A stretch of 64,000 nucleotides of DNA from a virus, in IMG/VR virus record IMGVR_UViG_3300023180_000017. One strand, given 5' to 3'. This document shows positions 8,886 to 17,591 of the stretch, in pieces; positions within the stretch are counted from its first letter, which is position 1; the number at the start of each line of letters is the position of its first letter. The notes under the pieces were generated by a model. It searched no databases, was not told where the DNA came from, and saw only the letters and a list, made by a program, of their open reading frames with translations. The position numbers and the translations under genes were made by a program.

Positions 8886-8913
8886 AGGGCTCGAAAGAGC
8901 CCTTATCTTTCTT
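8886..8913 (+). terminator. Intrinsic terminator
   Basis: AGGGCTC-GAAA-GAGCCCT hairpin followed by a T-rich tail. Confidence 0.8.
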
Positions 8914-8920
8914 TAGATCT

Positions 8921-8993
8921 TATAAATACTTGATTCCCATAGGGGAAATAAGTCAAAATAATGCTTGACAAAAGGCTCATTTTGTGCTATAAT
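8921..8993 (+). promoter_or_regulatory. Tandem late (TATAAATA 8921-8928) and early (TTGACA 8965 / TATAAT 8988) promoters
   Basis: Exact consensus matches. Confidence 0.85.
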
Positions 8994-9025
8994 AATGGTA
9001 TAAAATGAAGAAACGGACTAAAGAA

Positions 9026-10204
9026 ATGCTCTCATTCAAGAAACACATTACAGAACAGACAGAAGAAGACAAGCTCAAGCACTTGGAGCATGTAGAGGAT
9101 CACGTCATACACGGAGGCGAACAAGGGTTTGCCCACGCCTTCCACAATTTGAACGATGTACATAACAAGTTGCTAGGCGGACAAAATGACACCAAAATTA
9201 CTGTGAAGTATGATGGTAGTCCATCAGTCGTTTTTGGTAAGCATCCCGACACAGGTAAATTTTTTGTAGGATCTAAATCTGTGTTCAACAAGAAACCTAA
9301 AATTAATTATACACCTGAGGACATCGATAAGAACCACGGCCATTCCCCAGGGTTAACACAAAAATTAAAGGCTGCACTAGCACACTTACCTAAAGTTCAC
9401 TCAGGTGAGGGTGTTTATCAAGCAGACATTATGCACACAAAAGGTGATGTTCGACACGATGGCACTCGTGTACATTACACACCGAACACAATTACCTACC
9501 ACCACGATTCTAGCTCGGAACATGCACAAAAGGCTATGAACTCTCAAATAGGTATTGCAGTACATACAAAATACGAAGGCAAAAACTTTGCAGATATGAA
9601 AGCTGTTCATGGTGCAGACATTGAACTTAATGATCACCCTGATGTACACAATCTAAGTGTTCAACACGATTTAAGCAAAGTTGCTTATACACAGGAACAG
9701 CAGTCAGAGTACAAAAAACATATGGCAGCAGCCACAGAAGTGTTTAAGAAAACCAAAAAAGAAGCACACGCACACGTTGGCAAGCATGCAGAACACATTA
9801 AGACGTATATCAATCAAACTGTTCGCGATGGTAGTGAACCCAATCATGATGATTTCATAAAACATTATACAGCACATCATGATAAAAAGATAGCAGGAGT
9901 TAAATCGCCTGCTGCTAAGGCAAGACACACAGCAACCCGAGATAATGCCATTGCACATGCTAGTAAAAGCAAAGAACATATTACTAGCGTTCTACAAATG
10001 CACAAGCATTTACAAAATGCCAAAAACGTATTAACAAATGCCTTAGCATCCCATTCAGAGGTTGGACATGAAATTGGTGGGTTGCCCACAAAACCAGAAG
10101 GTTATGTTGTACACAGAAATGGACGCCCTTCTAAGTTTGTAGCACGACATGAGTTTAGTGCTGCCAACTTTGCTAGAGGAGACGAATTAAAAAAAGGTAA
10201 GTAA
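9026..10204 (+). CDS. DUF6267-like protein with ATP-dependent ligase / RNA-ligase-fold motifs
   Basis: HLEHVED; KYDGS (motif I), EGYVV (motif IV), SKFV (motif V); N-terminal MLSFKKHITE. Confidence 0.65.
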   Translation: MLSFKKHITEQTEEDKLKHLEHVEDHVIHGGEQGFAHAFHNLNDVHNKLLGGQNDTKITVKYDGSPSVVFGKHPDTGKFFVGSKSVFNKKPKINYTPEDIDKNHGHSPGLTQKLKAALAHLPKVHSGEGVYQADIMHTKGDVRHDGTRVHYTPNTITYHHDSSSEHAQKAMNSQIGIAVHTKYEGKNFADMKAVHGADIELNDHPDVHNLSVQHDLSKVAYTQEQQSEYKKHMAAATEVFKKTKKEAHAHVGKHAEHIKTYINQTVRDGSEPNHDDFIKHYTAHHDKKIAGVKSPAAKARHTATRDNAIAHASKSKEHITSVLQMHKHLQNAKNVLTNALASHSEVGHEIGGLPTKPEGYVVHRNGRPSKFVARHEFSAANFARGDELKKGK

Positions 10205-10453
10205 ATGACGAAGTTAAAGCACTGGTGGTTAAAATTAATTAAAGAAGAATGGGAGTTAACCATTTTTCATATAGGTGATACAAAAGTATTGCCTGATGGT
10301 AGTAGGTTAGAGACAAGTTCGCCAAAGACATATCGTGTCAAAAAGCTAACAAAAATTACCCCTACACATTTTAAGTTTACAGACACACAGGGACAAAAAC
10401 ATGAAATTAAAACAGTCGCTCCTGTGGGTTACAATTTAGTAAAGGTATTTTAG
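10205..10453 (+). CDS. Hypothetical protein
   Basis: 82-aa ORF abutting both neighbours. Confidence 0.65.
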   Translation: MTKLKHWWLKLIKEEWELTIFHIGDTKVLPDGSRLETSSPKTYRVKKLTKITPTHFKFTDTQGQKHEIKTVAPVGYNLVKVF

Positions 10454-11095
10454 ATGCAAAAAGATAAACATATTGTGTTCGCATTTGGTAGGTTAAATCC
10501 TCCTACTGCGGGGCACAGCAAACTAATTGATAAAGTACATCAGTTAGCAAAGCAACATGGCGCAGATCACAGAGTTATTGTTAGCCATTCTTTTGATAAA
10601 AATAAAAATCCTTTACAGGCACATCAAAAAATTAATTACTTAAAGCACATTCATACGGGTGTTAAGTTTGAGGCAAGTAGTAGAGAACATCCTCATTTCT
10701 TAGCACATCTTAAAAAAATGCATCAAGAAGGACATACGCATGTAACTATGGTAGCGGGTTCGGATAGAGTATCAGAGTTTCAAAGACTAGCTGATAAGTA
10801 CAACGGACCTAATGGTGAGTATCACTTCAAACATTTGAAAGTAGTATCTGCAGGACAGAGAGATCCAGATGCAGATGGAGTAGCAGGCATTAGTGGGACT
10901 AAAATGAGAACACATGCCGGAAATAATGATTATAAAAGTTTCAAGTCTGGGTTGCACCCCAGGGCATCTGATATGCACGCTAAAAAACTATTCCAAGCAA
11001 CAAGGCATGGAATGGGATTGCATGAAGATTCCGATTTAAAAATGTCCTTCAGTAAATTCTTAGTGGAGGAAAACAATGTGGTGGTTTCTAGTTAG
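10454..11095 (+). CDS. HxGH-superfamily nucleotidyltransferase ('cytidyltransferase' of T4-like phages)
   Basis: FGRLNPPTAGH, KNPL, VAGSDR and SAGQRDPDA...SGTKMR motifs. Confidence 0.8.
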   Translation: MQKDKHIVFAFGRLNPPTAGHSKLIDKVHQLAKQHGADHRVIVSHSFDKNKNPLQAHQKINYLKHIHTGVKFEASSREHPHFLAHLKKMHQEGHTHVTMVAGSDRVSEFQRLADKYNGPNGEYHFKHLKVVSAGQRDPDADGVAGISGTKMRTHAGNNDYKSFKSGLHPRASDMHAKKLFQATRHGMGLHEDSDLKMSFSKFLVEENNVVVSS

Positions 11096-11393
11096 AGCAG
11101 TCGTCTCTGGCATTATAAGTTCATCAGCAGGTCAATGGTTTTTGGGAACAAAAGTAGGTATTTGGTCCCAAGATAAAATCAACAAGTACCTAGACTATCT
11201 GTCTGAAAAATATGACTTAGCTATTCTCAAACAAGAAGAGAAATGGCGTCGTCAATATCCCCTATTAGCAAAACGTATAGATAAATTGGAAGAGTGGTCT
11301 CACCCACCTGTAGCTCCTGGCGGTGCTACAGAACTAAAAGATGAGATAGAAGAACTTAGAAATATTATAAATACAATGAAACAAGGGAAATAA
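11076..11393 (+). CDS. Hypothetical protein with N-terminal hydrophobic segment
   Basis: GGAGG SD; 105 aa. Confidence 0.65.
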   Translation: MWWFLVRAVVSGIISSSAGQWFLGTKVGIWSQDKINKYLDYLSEKYDLAILKQEEKWRRQYPLLAKRIDKLEEWSHPPVAPGGATELKDEIEELRNIINTMKQGK

Positions 11394-11396
11394 CCT

Positions 11397-11924
11397 ATGT
11401 TAAGTTTTATAGAGTTTTTTGAAGAAAAACAGAGACTTGATCCTAAGTGTTGGGACGGGTATAAGAAGAAGGGCACCAAGATGAAAGGCGGTGTTCGTGT
11501 AAATAATTGCGTCAAGGAAGAAGCCGGCAAGGACATGACGGTTAAACAGCTACAACAAAAATTTAAAGACGGGACGCATGAAGCATTAACAGATGTCAAA
11601 GTGGGTCGTCATGTTGAATTGCGCAATACAAAAACAGGCAAAACCTCTCACCATTACGTGAAAGAAGATAAGGGTATGGAAGGCATGACCCAAAAAGGCG
11701 GTCATAAACGTCCCACTGAAGATGGTGCCGGCCTGACACAAAAAGGCGTTGAAAAATATAGACGTCAAAATCCAGGAAGTAAACTACAAACTGCTGTTAC
11801 TACTCCTCCTAGCAAACTCAAACCTGGTAGCAAAGCGGCAAAAAGACGTAAATCTTTCTGTGCTAGATCACGTAGCTGGACAGGGGAAAGAGGTAAAGCA
11901 GCAAGAAGAAGATGGAATTGCTAA
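11397..11924 (+). CDS. Putative internal head protein (DUF6321-like C-terminus)
   Basis: MLSFIEFFEE N-terminus; CWDGY...NCVKE module; NPGSKL...RRKSFCAR...RRWNC. Confidence 0.6.
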   Translation: MLSFIEFFEEKQRLDPKCWDGYKKKGTKMKGGVRVNNCVKEEAGKDMTVKQLQQKFKDGTHEALTDVKVGRHVELRNTKTGKTSHHYVKEDKGMEGMTQKGGHKRPTEDGAGLTQKGVEKYRRQNPGSKLQTAVTTPPSKLKPGSKAAKRRKSFCARSRSWTGERGKAARRRWNC

Positions 11925-11925
11925 T

Positions 11926-12297
11926 ATGATATTTAGGTTATTACCATTATTAATGCTTGTTGGCTTCTTTGGTGCAGGTTATCTGTACTACAAAGACACC
12001 CAAGCAAGAATAGAACAATTAAGAGAAAATAATGCTAAACTTGAGGTAGCAGCAGAAGCAAACCGAGAAGCATTTGAAATCTTACAACAGGAAAACGCAG
12101 CCAATCAAGTAAAAATGGCAGAACTTCAATCTGAATTACAACAGGCAGAAGTGTACCAAGATGAGTTGATTGGTAAATTGAGACGTCATAACTTAACCGT
12201 ATTGACATTACAGAAACCAGGTTTAATTGAAAACAGAGTAAACAATGCAAGTGAAAAATTACGAGAAGAGCTACAAGGCATTACTTCTAATCCTTAG
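11926..12297 (+). CDS. Putative i-spanin (Rz-like)
   Basis: N-terminal TM helix and coiled coil; overlaps a downstream lipoprotein gene. Confidence 0.65.
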   Translation: MIFRLLPLLMLVGFFGAGYLYYKDTQARIEQLRENNAKLEVAAEANREAFEILQQENAANQVKMAELQSELQQAEVYQDELIGKLRRHNLTVLTLQKPGLIENRVNNASEKLREELQGITSNP

Positions 12298-12679
12298 TTT
12301 AGGATTGGTTTTACAGGGCTGTTCTACATTGCGCCCAGAGCCTAAAGTTATAACACAAATACAAACAGTAGAAAGGACAATACCTATACAGGCACGTCCA
12401 AAAGGTTTAAACTTAAACCAGTTGTACTTCTATGCTGTTACAGAAGAGAACTTTGAAGAGTTTAAAGAAAAATTTGTAAAGGATAACGGAGACTTTGTAT
12501 TCTTTGCTATAAGTGTTCCTGGGTATGAGAATTTATCTTTAAACATGGCAGAACTTAGACGTTTTATAGAACAACAGACAGCACTGATTGTTTACTATGA
12601 GAAGCAGGCTGTACCTGTAAGTGAACAATCTAGAACAGAGGAATTAAGAGAGAGACTCCAAGATGACGGATCTGACTGA
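12245..12679 (+). CDS. Putative o-spanin (Rz1-like lipoprotein)
   Basis: Signal peptide with lipobox LQGC; Pro-containing linker; overlaps the i-spanin 3' end. Confidence 0.65.
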   Translation: MQVKNYEKSYKALLLILSLGLVLQGCSTLRPEPKVITQIQTVERTIPIQARPKGLNLNQLYFYAVTEENFEEFKEKFVKDNGDFVFFAISVPGYENLSLNMAELRRFIEQQTALIVYYEKQAVPVSEQSRTEELRERLQDDGSD

Positions 12680-13856
12680 GAAATTAAATGCTGATAAAAA
12701 CAGCATAGGCGACTACATCGACGATTTTAAAAAGTCTGACGCCCCTCAATTTAAAGGCAAAGGCAAGTCTAAACGTAGAAGTATGGCAGTTGCTGCTTAT
12801 CTTGCATCTAAAAGAAAGAAAGAGTCGCATAACGAAGGCAAAGAGCATTCTTGGAAAACAGACGGACACTATACACAAGACGGTAAAGAGTGGAAAGGTC
12901 CACAACACGCACACGACGGTCAAGTAATGACAGGTGAGAAGCACACTGAGAAAAGCGTAAACTTATTTCATTTTAAAGACTTAAAGCCTAATATTAGACA
13001 AAAGATTTTAGACAAACTTAAAGAAGACGCCGAGTACGATCCTACACCAGGAGGCATGGAGTGGGGTACAGATAAGGGTACAGAGTATTTTAAAAAGCTC
13101 ACACCTGGAGAGGAAAAGGCTAAAAAGACAGAACTAATTAAGCCAATTAATACTCCTATTCAAGTTAAAGAAAATTGTGGTTGTGAGGATATAGAAGTTG
13201 AAACTGAAAAGGATAACTCTAAACACGAGTACAGAAAACAAAACGAGGCAGAAGCAGACACTTTAACTGACGAAGATATTAAGTCATTAGAAGCAGAAGC
13301 AGAAAATTTTACATGGGAAGATGCCTTATCATTACATCTATATGATGACGATGAGCTTGAGGATATAACAGATTATCATAGCGATATTAATATAACAGAA
13401 GTTTTATCGGTACAAGGAAGATTAAAAAGACGTTTCTCTGCTAGACGTAACAGACAAAAATTAAAAGTAGCAAGACAAATTGCCCTACGTAGAGGTTCTT
13501 CACCCGAAAGATTAAAGAAAAGAGCTGTTCGTGGAGCTCGTGGTATGGTCTACAAAAGACTATTACGAGGTAGAAACAGAGCCAACTTACCACCTGCAGA
13601 AAGATCAAGACTTGAAACAATGGTAAAAAGATTTGCACCTCTTGTTTCAAGATTAGCTGTTAAAATGTTACCCAACATGCGTAAAATGGAAATAGCTAGA
13701 ATGAAGAGCAGGGGATCTAAAAAGGCACAAGTGTCTAAGAAATATAAACCTGCAAAACCTATAAAGAGCAGTTCACAAAAATCTAAAAAGGCAAAAATAC
13801 CTAAGCCAAAGAAACCTAAAAAGGTTAAGAGCTACGGTAAAGTCGGCATCGGCTAA
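12663..13856 (+). CDS. Putative internal head / core protein with acidic then very basic domains
   Basis: YIDDFKKSDAPQFKGK and EWGTD...TPGE modules; (I/L/V)xE sites; Arg/Lys-rich C-terminus. Confidence 0.6.
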   Translation: MTDLTEKLNADKNSIGDYIDDFKKSDAPQFKGKGKSKRRSMAVAAYLASKRKKESHNEGKEHSWKTDGHYTQDGKEWKGPQHAHDGQVMTGEKHTEKSVNLFHFKDLKPNIRQKILDKLKEDAEYDPTPGGMEWGTDKGTEYFKKLTPGEEKAKKTELIKPINTPIQVKENCGCEDIEVETEKDNSKHEYRKQNEAEADTLTDEDIKSLEAEAENFTWEDALSLHLYDDDELEDITDYHSDINITEVLSVQGRLKRRFSARRNRQKLKVARQIALRRGSSPERLKKRAVRGARGMVYKRLLRGRNRANLPPAERSRLETMVKRFAPLVSRLAVKMLPNMRKMEIARMKSRGSKKAQVSKKYKPAKPIKSSSQKSKKAKIPKPKKPKKVKSYGKVGIG

Positions 13857-13894
13857 AAAAGATTTAATCTTTTTTTAATTCAATGTTCATTTCT

Positions 13895-13902
13895 TATAAA
13901 TA
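13895..13902 (+). promoter_or_regulatory. T4-type late promoter
   Basis: TATAAATA ending 26 nt before the ATG. Confidence 0.75.
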
Positions 13903-13928
13903 CCATTGTAATTCAAAGGTAATTAACA

Positions 13929-15440
13929 ATGGCAGATCAGAGTAAAAGAATGGAAATGTTAGTGAGGCAGGGTTTAATGCCCGCTCAGAAACTTCCTATT
14001 CTTAAAAAAGCAATTGCTAGAGTAAAGATGGGTGGTGCATTACTACCCAACGAAAGAGAAGTTATCAAAGATTATATGGACAAATTAATGTTCATAGTCT
14101 TTGGTGACGATACTGTTTTTAATAGAGCAAAGCAACATACTCAGAGAGCTAGATATCAAACAGAGGAGCAAATCGTGAATCAACTAGATGAGAGGGTGGT
14201 TGACGGTGTAGAAATCGTTGACGGTGAAGAGCAGAGAATTAAAGACGAAAAGAGAGCCCAAAAATTGGGAAGGAAAAGTAAGTCTGAGAAAATGAAAAGC
14301 TTTGCCAAGTCCCTCAGAAAAGAAAAAGAAAAACAGGAAGTAGATGAAAGCATCATTAAGATGAATGAAGACTACAAAGAAAAATTTAACGCAGCACTTA
14401 AGAAGTTTGGAGTGTCTAGTATTAGAGACTTGCCTGCAGATAAGAAAAAGAAATTTTTTAATACTGTAGACAATATGCACGTTTCTGATGATGAGAAAAA
14501 GGGCGTTGATGAGTCTACAGGTGGCGCTATGTCTAAAGACAAAGAGTCTCATGATACAGGCGGTTTTAGAATTCCTAACAAAGATGCAAATGCAGCTAGA
14601 GATAGATTAAAAAATAAGAACAAAGAAAAGTTTCCTGGTGTACAGGGAGAAAGTGTAGAAGAAGCTAAAATGATTCCTGGCTTCATGGGAGCAGATGGTA
14701 AGCCTACTTCTAAGCCTACAGCAAAAGACTTTGCAGCTAATAAAGAATATCAACATATGAAAAAGAAACTAGGAGATAGAATTCCTGGTCCTAAACCTAC
14801 TAAAGAAGAAGTAGAAGAAAATCAGTTAGATGAATATATTACAGCCAAGCAAATTAGAATGGCTAAAGGCATTGCTAACGATCCTAGACATAAAGGTGGA
14901 GACTACACCGGTGCCGCTAAGAAAATGGAAAAGATCAAGAAAGGACTTTCCAATCATCCAGCTGCCAAGAAGGCTTTAAGACAAGCAAATGAGTCTATGA
15001 CACCTAACAGTCATGGTTGGAATATCCAACAGCATGCAGGTGAGCTTGCTAAAAAGGATGGTCATGACATTAAAAAATTACCATATGGTCATGCTCAAGG
15101 ATACAGAGATAAAGCTAAGAAGGCTTTAGAGAGGAATGAAGAAATGACACCTGAGCAAAAAGCTAAGCGTTTAGAACTTATTAGATTAGCTGCACAGAAA
15201 TTAAAAGCTAAAGATGCAGATGCGGAGAAAAGAGCAGCTGCGGCAGCTAAAAGAGACATGAGCAGGCCAGGCGCACAAAAAGGTATGGCACCTGTTAAAA
15301 AAGAAGAAACATATTTGGATATTAATACGCTAAGAGAGTATATTAAACACTCTGATTTATCAAAAGAGAAAATCCAAAATATGACTCGCTCAGAAGCATA
15401 CAAATTACTCAATCAAATTATTAAAAGCAAAGGAGAATAA
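13929..15440 (+). CDS. Modular internal head protein / polyprotein-like
   Basis: Short basic modules separated by VDE/LDE/VEE/ANE sites; late promoter. Confidence 0.6.
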   Translation: MADQSKRMEMLVRQGLMPAQKLPILKKAIARVKMGGALLPNEREVIKDYMDKLMFIVFGDDTVFNRAKQHTQRARYQTEEQIVNQLDERVVDGVEIVDGEEQRIKDEKRAQKLGRKSKSEKMKSFAKSLRKEKEKQEVDESIIKMNEDYKEKFNAALKKFGVSSIRDLPADKKKKFFNTVDNMHVSDDEKKGVDESTGGAMSKDKESHDTGGFRIPNKDANAARDRLKNKNKEKFPGVQGESVEEAKMIPGFMGADGKPTSKPTAKDFAANKEYQHMKKKLGDRIPGPKPTKEEVEENQLDEYITAKQIRMAKGIANDPRHKGGDYTGAAKKMEKIKKGLSNHPAAKKALRQANESMTPNSHGWNIQQHAGELAKKDGHDIKKLPYGHAQGYRDKAKKALERNEEMTPEQKAKRLELIRLAAQKLKAKDADAEKRAAAAAKRDMSRPGAQKGMAPVKKEETYLDINTLREYIKHSDLSKEKIQNMTRSEAYKLLNQIIKSKGE

Positions 15441-15442
15441 AA

Positions 15443-15691
15443 ATGTCCGCATGGAGTAAAACCGTAAAACCTGTTATTACAGGTATTGATGCCGCCGATA
15501 TCTTTATGGTAGACGAAGCAGAAGTTGCAGCCACACCTGGTATTGCACAGCCTGGTTGGGTCTACAAAAAAGACTTAGGCAATGGTAGATTCATTTATGA
15601 GACGTTAGTGGCTATGGCTGATCCTTTCACCGATACCGAATATGAAGCGGCCGGTGGAGCAGACGACGACGCTGACTTCCCAGACGCCTAA
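15443..15691 (+). CDS. Small virion-associated hypothetical protein
   Basis: MSAWS...PGWV...ETLVAM...DDADFPD; AGGAG SD. Confidence 0.65.
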   Translation: MSAWSKTVKPVITGIDAADIFMVDEAEVAATPGIAQPGWVYKKDLGNGRFIYETLVAMADPFTDTEYEAAGGADDDADFPDA

Positions 15692-15718
15692 TAAATACTT
15701 TTAACTTAGGAGTATTTA

Positions 15719-16159
15719 ATGGCAGATTCTAAATTATCAGAATTAACGGCAGCTACATCAGCTGCCGGTGCTGATACGCTTTATCTTGTACAAGGTAGCA
15801 CAAGTAAAAAACTTACTGTTGCTAATTTGTTTGCAGATGTTTCTACGTCTGTAACATTTAATGATAAAATTCGTATCGGAGATAGTGAAACCAAAACAGC
15901 TAGAGGCGAAATTAGTAGCTTGTACAACATAACATATCTTAGTGATATTGATAGTGCAGGTAATATGACAATGGCTACTGGCGTTGATGGACAAATTAAA
16001 ATTATCGTTATGGTCTCTAACTTAGGGGGACACACAATTACACTTCAGGGTGCTACACTGGCTAACGATATAGCATTTTCATCTGTAGGACACTCTGTAA
16101 CCCTACTATATAATAATAGCAAGTGGTACGTTATAGGAGGTACTGCTACTGTTTCTTAG
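15719..16159 (+). CDS. Virion structural / fibre-associated protein
   Basis: MADSKLSELTAA start; GQIKII...VTLLY...WYVIG beta-rich C-terminus. Confidence 0.6.
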   Translation: MADSKLSELTAATSAAGADTLYLVQGSTSKKLTVANLFADVSTSVTFNDKIRIGDSETKTARGEISSLYNITYLSDIDSAGNMTMATGVDGQIKIIVMVSNLGGHTITLQGATLANDIAFSSVGHSVTLLYNNSKWYVIGGTATVS

Positions 16160-16172
16160 GGTTTAATATAAA

Positions 16173-16550
16173 ATGATCGAATTGAATGAAAATAACTTTT
16201 TATTATATGCAGCAAAACATTATAGCAATCCTGGCTGCATGGGTATCTCAGAACTTGAAGATGATTTAAAAAGATTTAAGTATATAAAACGTCTTTTAAA
16301 TCGCTACAGGAAAACAGGAGAAGTAAACGAAAGATTAGTTATTAATCATTTGGTTGTTTTATATAATGTGTTTGGTAGAGGTGCTACTGATATGTTATTT
16401 TATAAATTAGAGCAAGAATATTGGTCTGATTTAAAAACATATCTAGTATTCTTACAACGAATGCCTTTGGAGACTGTAGTTTCTAAGGGAATAAGAGAAA
16501 CGGATATTCCTCTAAATGAGGATTTAATTAAGGTACTGAGAAAAATTTAA
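16173..16550 (+). CDS. Conserved T4-like phage protein
   Basis: AAKHY.NP.C...DLKRFKYIKRLL...NHLVVLYNVFG. Confidence 0.7.
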   Translation: MIELNENNFLLYAAKHYSNPGCMGISELEDDLKRFKYIKRLLNRYRKTGEVNERLVINHLVVLYNVFGRGATDMLFYKLEQEYWSDLKTYLVFLQRMPLETVVSKGIRETDIPLNEDLIKVLRKI

Positions 16551-17074
16551 TGTCTAGATTTGTTGATACATTAGTTGCGTATAGAATTTTAAAAATGCTT
16601 GCAACACCTATTGAACAGTCTGATGCTTTCAGAATGGGTATCATTGACAAGGATGGCAAGAAGATAAAAAATCCTCAGACAACACAGGAGTTAGATGCAT
16701 ATTCGTTTTTAAATAGATTTGTATTTAAAGTGCAAAGAGCTTTGGTAAAATCACCTGACAGAAATGCTAAAAGACTATTGACATTTGCTGCCGCTCTTGC
16801 TATACTTAGAGAGTACAAAGAAGAAGATGATGACTTTGATATTGAGACACTATTAGAAGTTTATGAACAAGATTCTAATGTTGCGATGGAAGCCAAATTA
16901 TTAGAACAAAATTTAGTATCATTTAAGAATTTTAATATGGAAGAAGTTGCAGCTAATGCCGTAGGTGGAGGAGCAATCCACGGAATAGGCATAGGTCCTA
17001 AAGGAGAACCTGGAAGAGATCCTGTACTTCAACCGATGATACGAAGACGGAAGAAGAAAAATGGCATCCGTTAA
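16550..17074 (+). CDS. Conserved T4-like phage protein
   Basis: YRILKMLATP...AFRMGIIDKDGK; C-terminal EEVAAN module. Confidence 0.7.
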   Translation: MSRFVDTLVAYRILKMLATPIEQSDAFRMGIIDKDGKKIKNPQTTQELDAYSFLNRFVFKVQRALVKSPDRNAKRLLTFAAALAILREYKEEDDDFDIETLLEVYEQDSNVAMEAKLLEQNLVSFKNFNMEEVAANAVGGGAIHGIGIGPKGEPGRDPVLQPMIRRRKKKNGIR

Positions 17075-17534
17075 ATCTTTAGAAACAGAAGTAGCTCTGG
17101 TTAAAAACGATGTTGCTCAAATGAGCGCGTTGTTTACAAAATTAGAAATTACTTTAGATAAGATTACAGATGTATCAAATAACGTAAGCCAAATTTTAGC
17201 TGTACATGCTTCTAGGCTTTCAACAGCAGAAGAGGAAACAGAGCACTTGCAGAGTCAGATAGAGGAACATAGGAAAGAACACCAAACCGATATCAGAGAA
17301 CTGCATTCTCGTTTAACTACTTCATCAAGGGAAATCAGAGAAGAAATGGGTAAAGATATCGACAAGGTATTATCAAGTATCGAGAATCTAAGACAGGACA
17401 TTAAGGACAAATCCAAAGAGCAGGATCAAAGAATTGCTAGTCTAGAAAAGTGGCGTTGGATTATTGTTGGCGGTCTTGTCCTTATGGGCGGATTAGCACC
17501 ATTTCTTTTAGAAATGGTATTTCATAGCACTTGA
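17061..17534 (+). CDS. Coiled-coil protein with C-terminal TM helix
   Basis: Heptad-rich; LEKWRWIIVGG followed by a hydrophobic helix. Confidence 0.65.
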   Translation: MASVKSLETEVALVKNDVAQMSALFTKLEITLDKITDVSNNVSQILAVHASRLSTAEEETEHLQSQIEEHRKEHQTDIRELHSRLTTSSREIREEMGKDIDKVLSSIENLRQDIKDKSKEQDQRIASLEKWRWIIVGGLVLMGGLAPFLLEMVFHST

Positions 17535-17559
17535 CAAACTAAGAACACTATCTTATAAT
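17531..17559 (+). promoter_or_regulatory. sigma70-type promoter of the primase operon
   Basis: TTGACA-N17-TATAAT. Confidence 0.85.
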
Positions 17560-17591
17560 AAGCACATAGAAATTTTCTACGTGCTTTTTTT
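17560..17591 (+). terminator. Intrinsic terminator overlapping the promoter start site
   Basis: AAGCAC-A-TAGAA/TTCTA-C-GTGCTT stem followed by a T-run. Confidence 0.65.
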
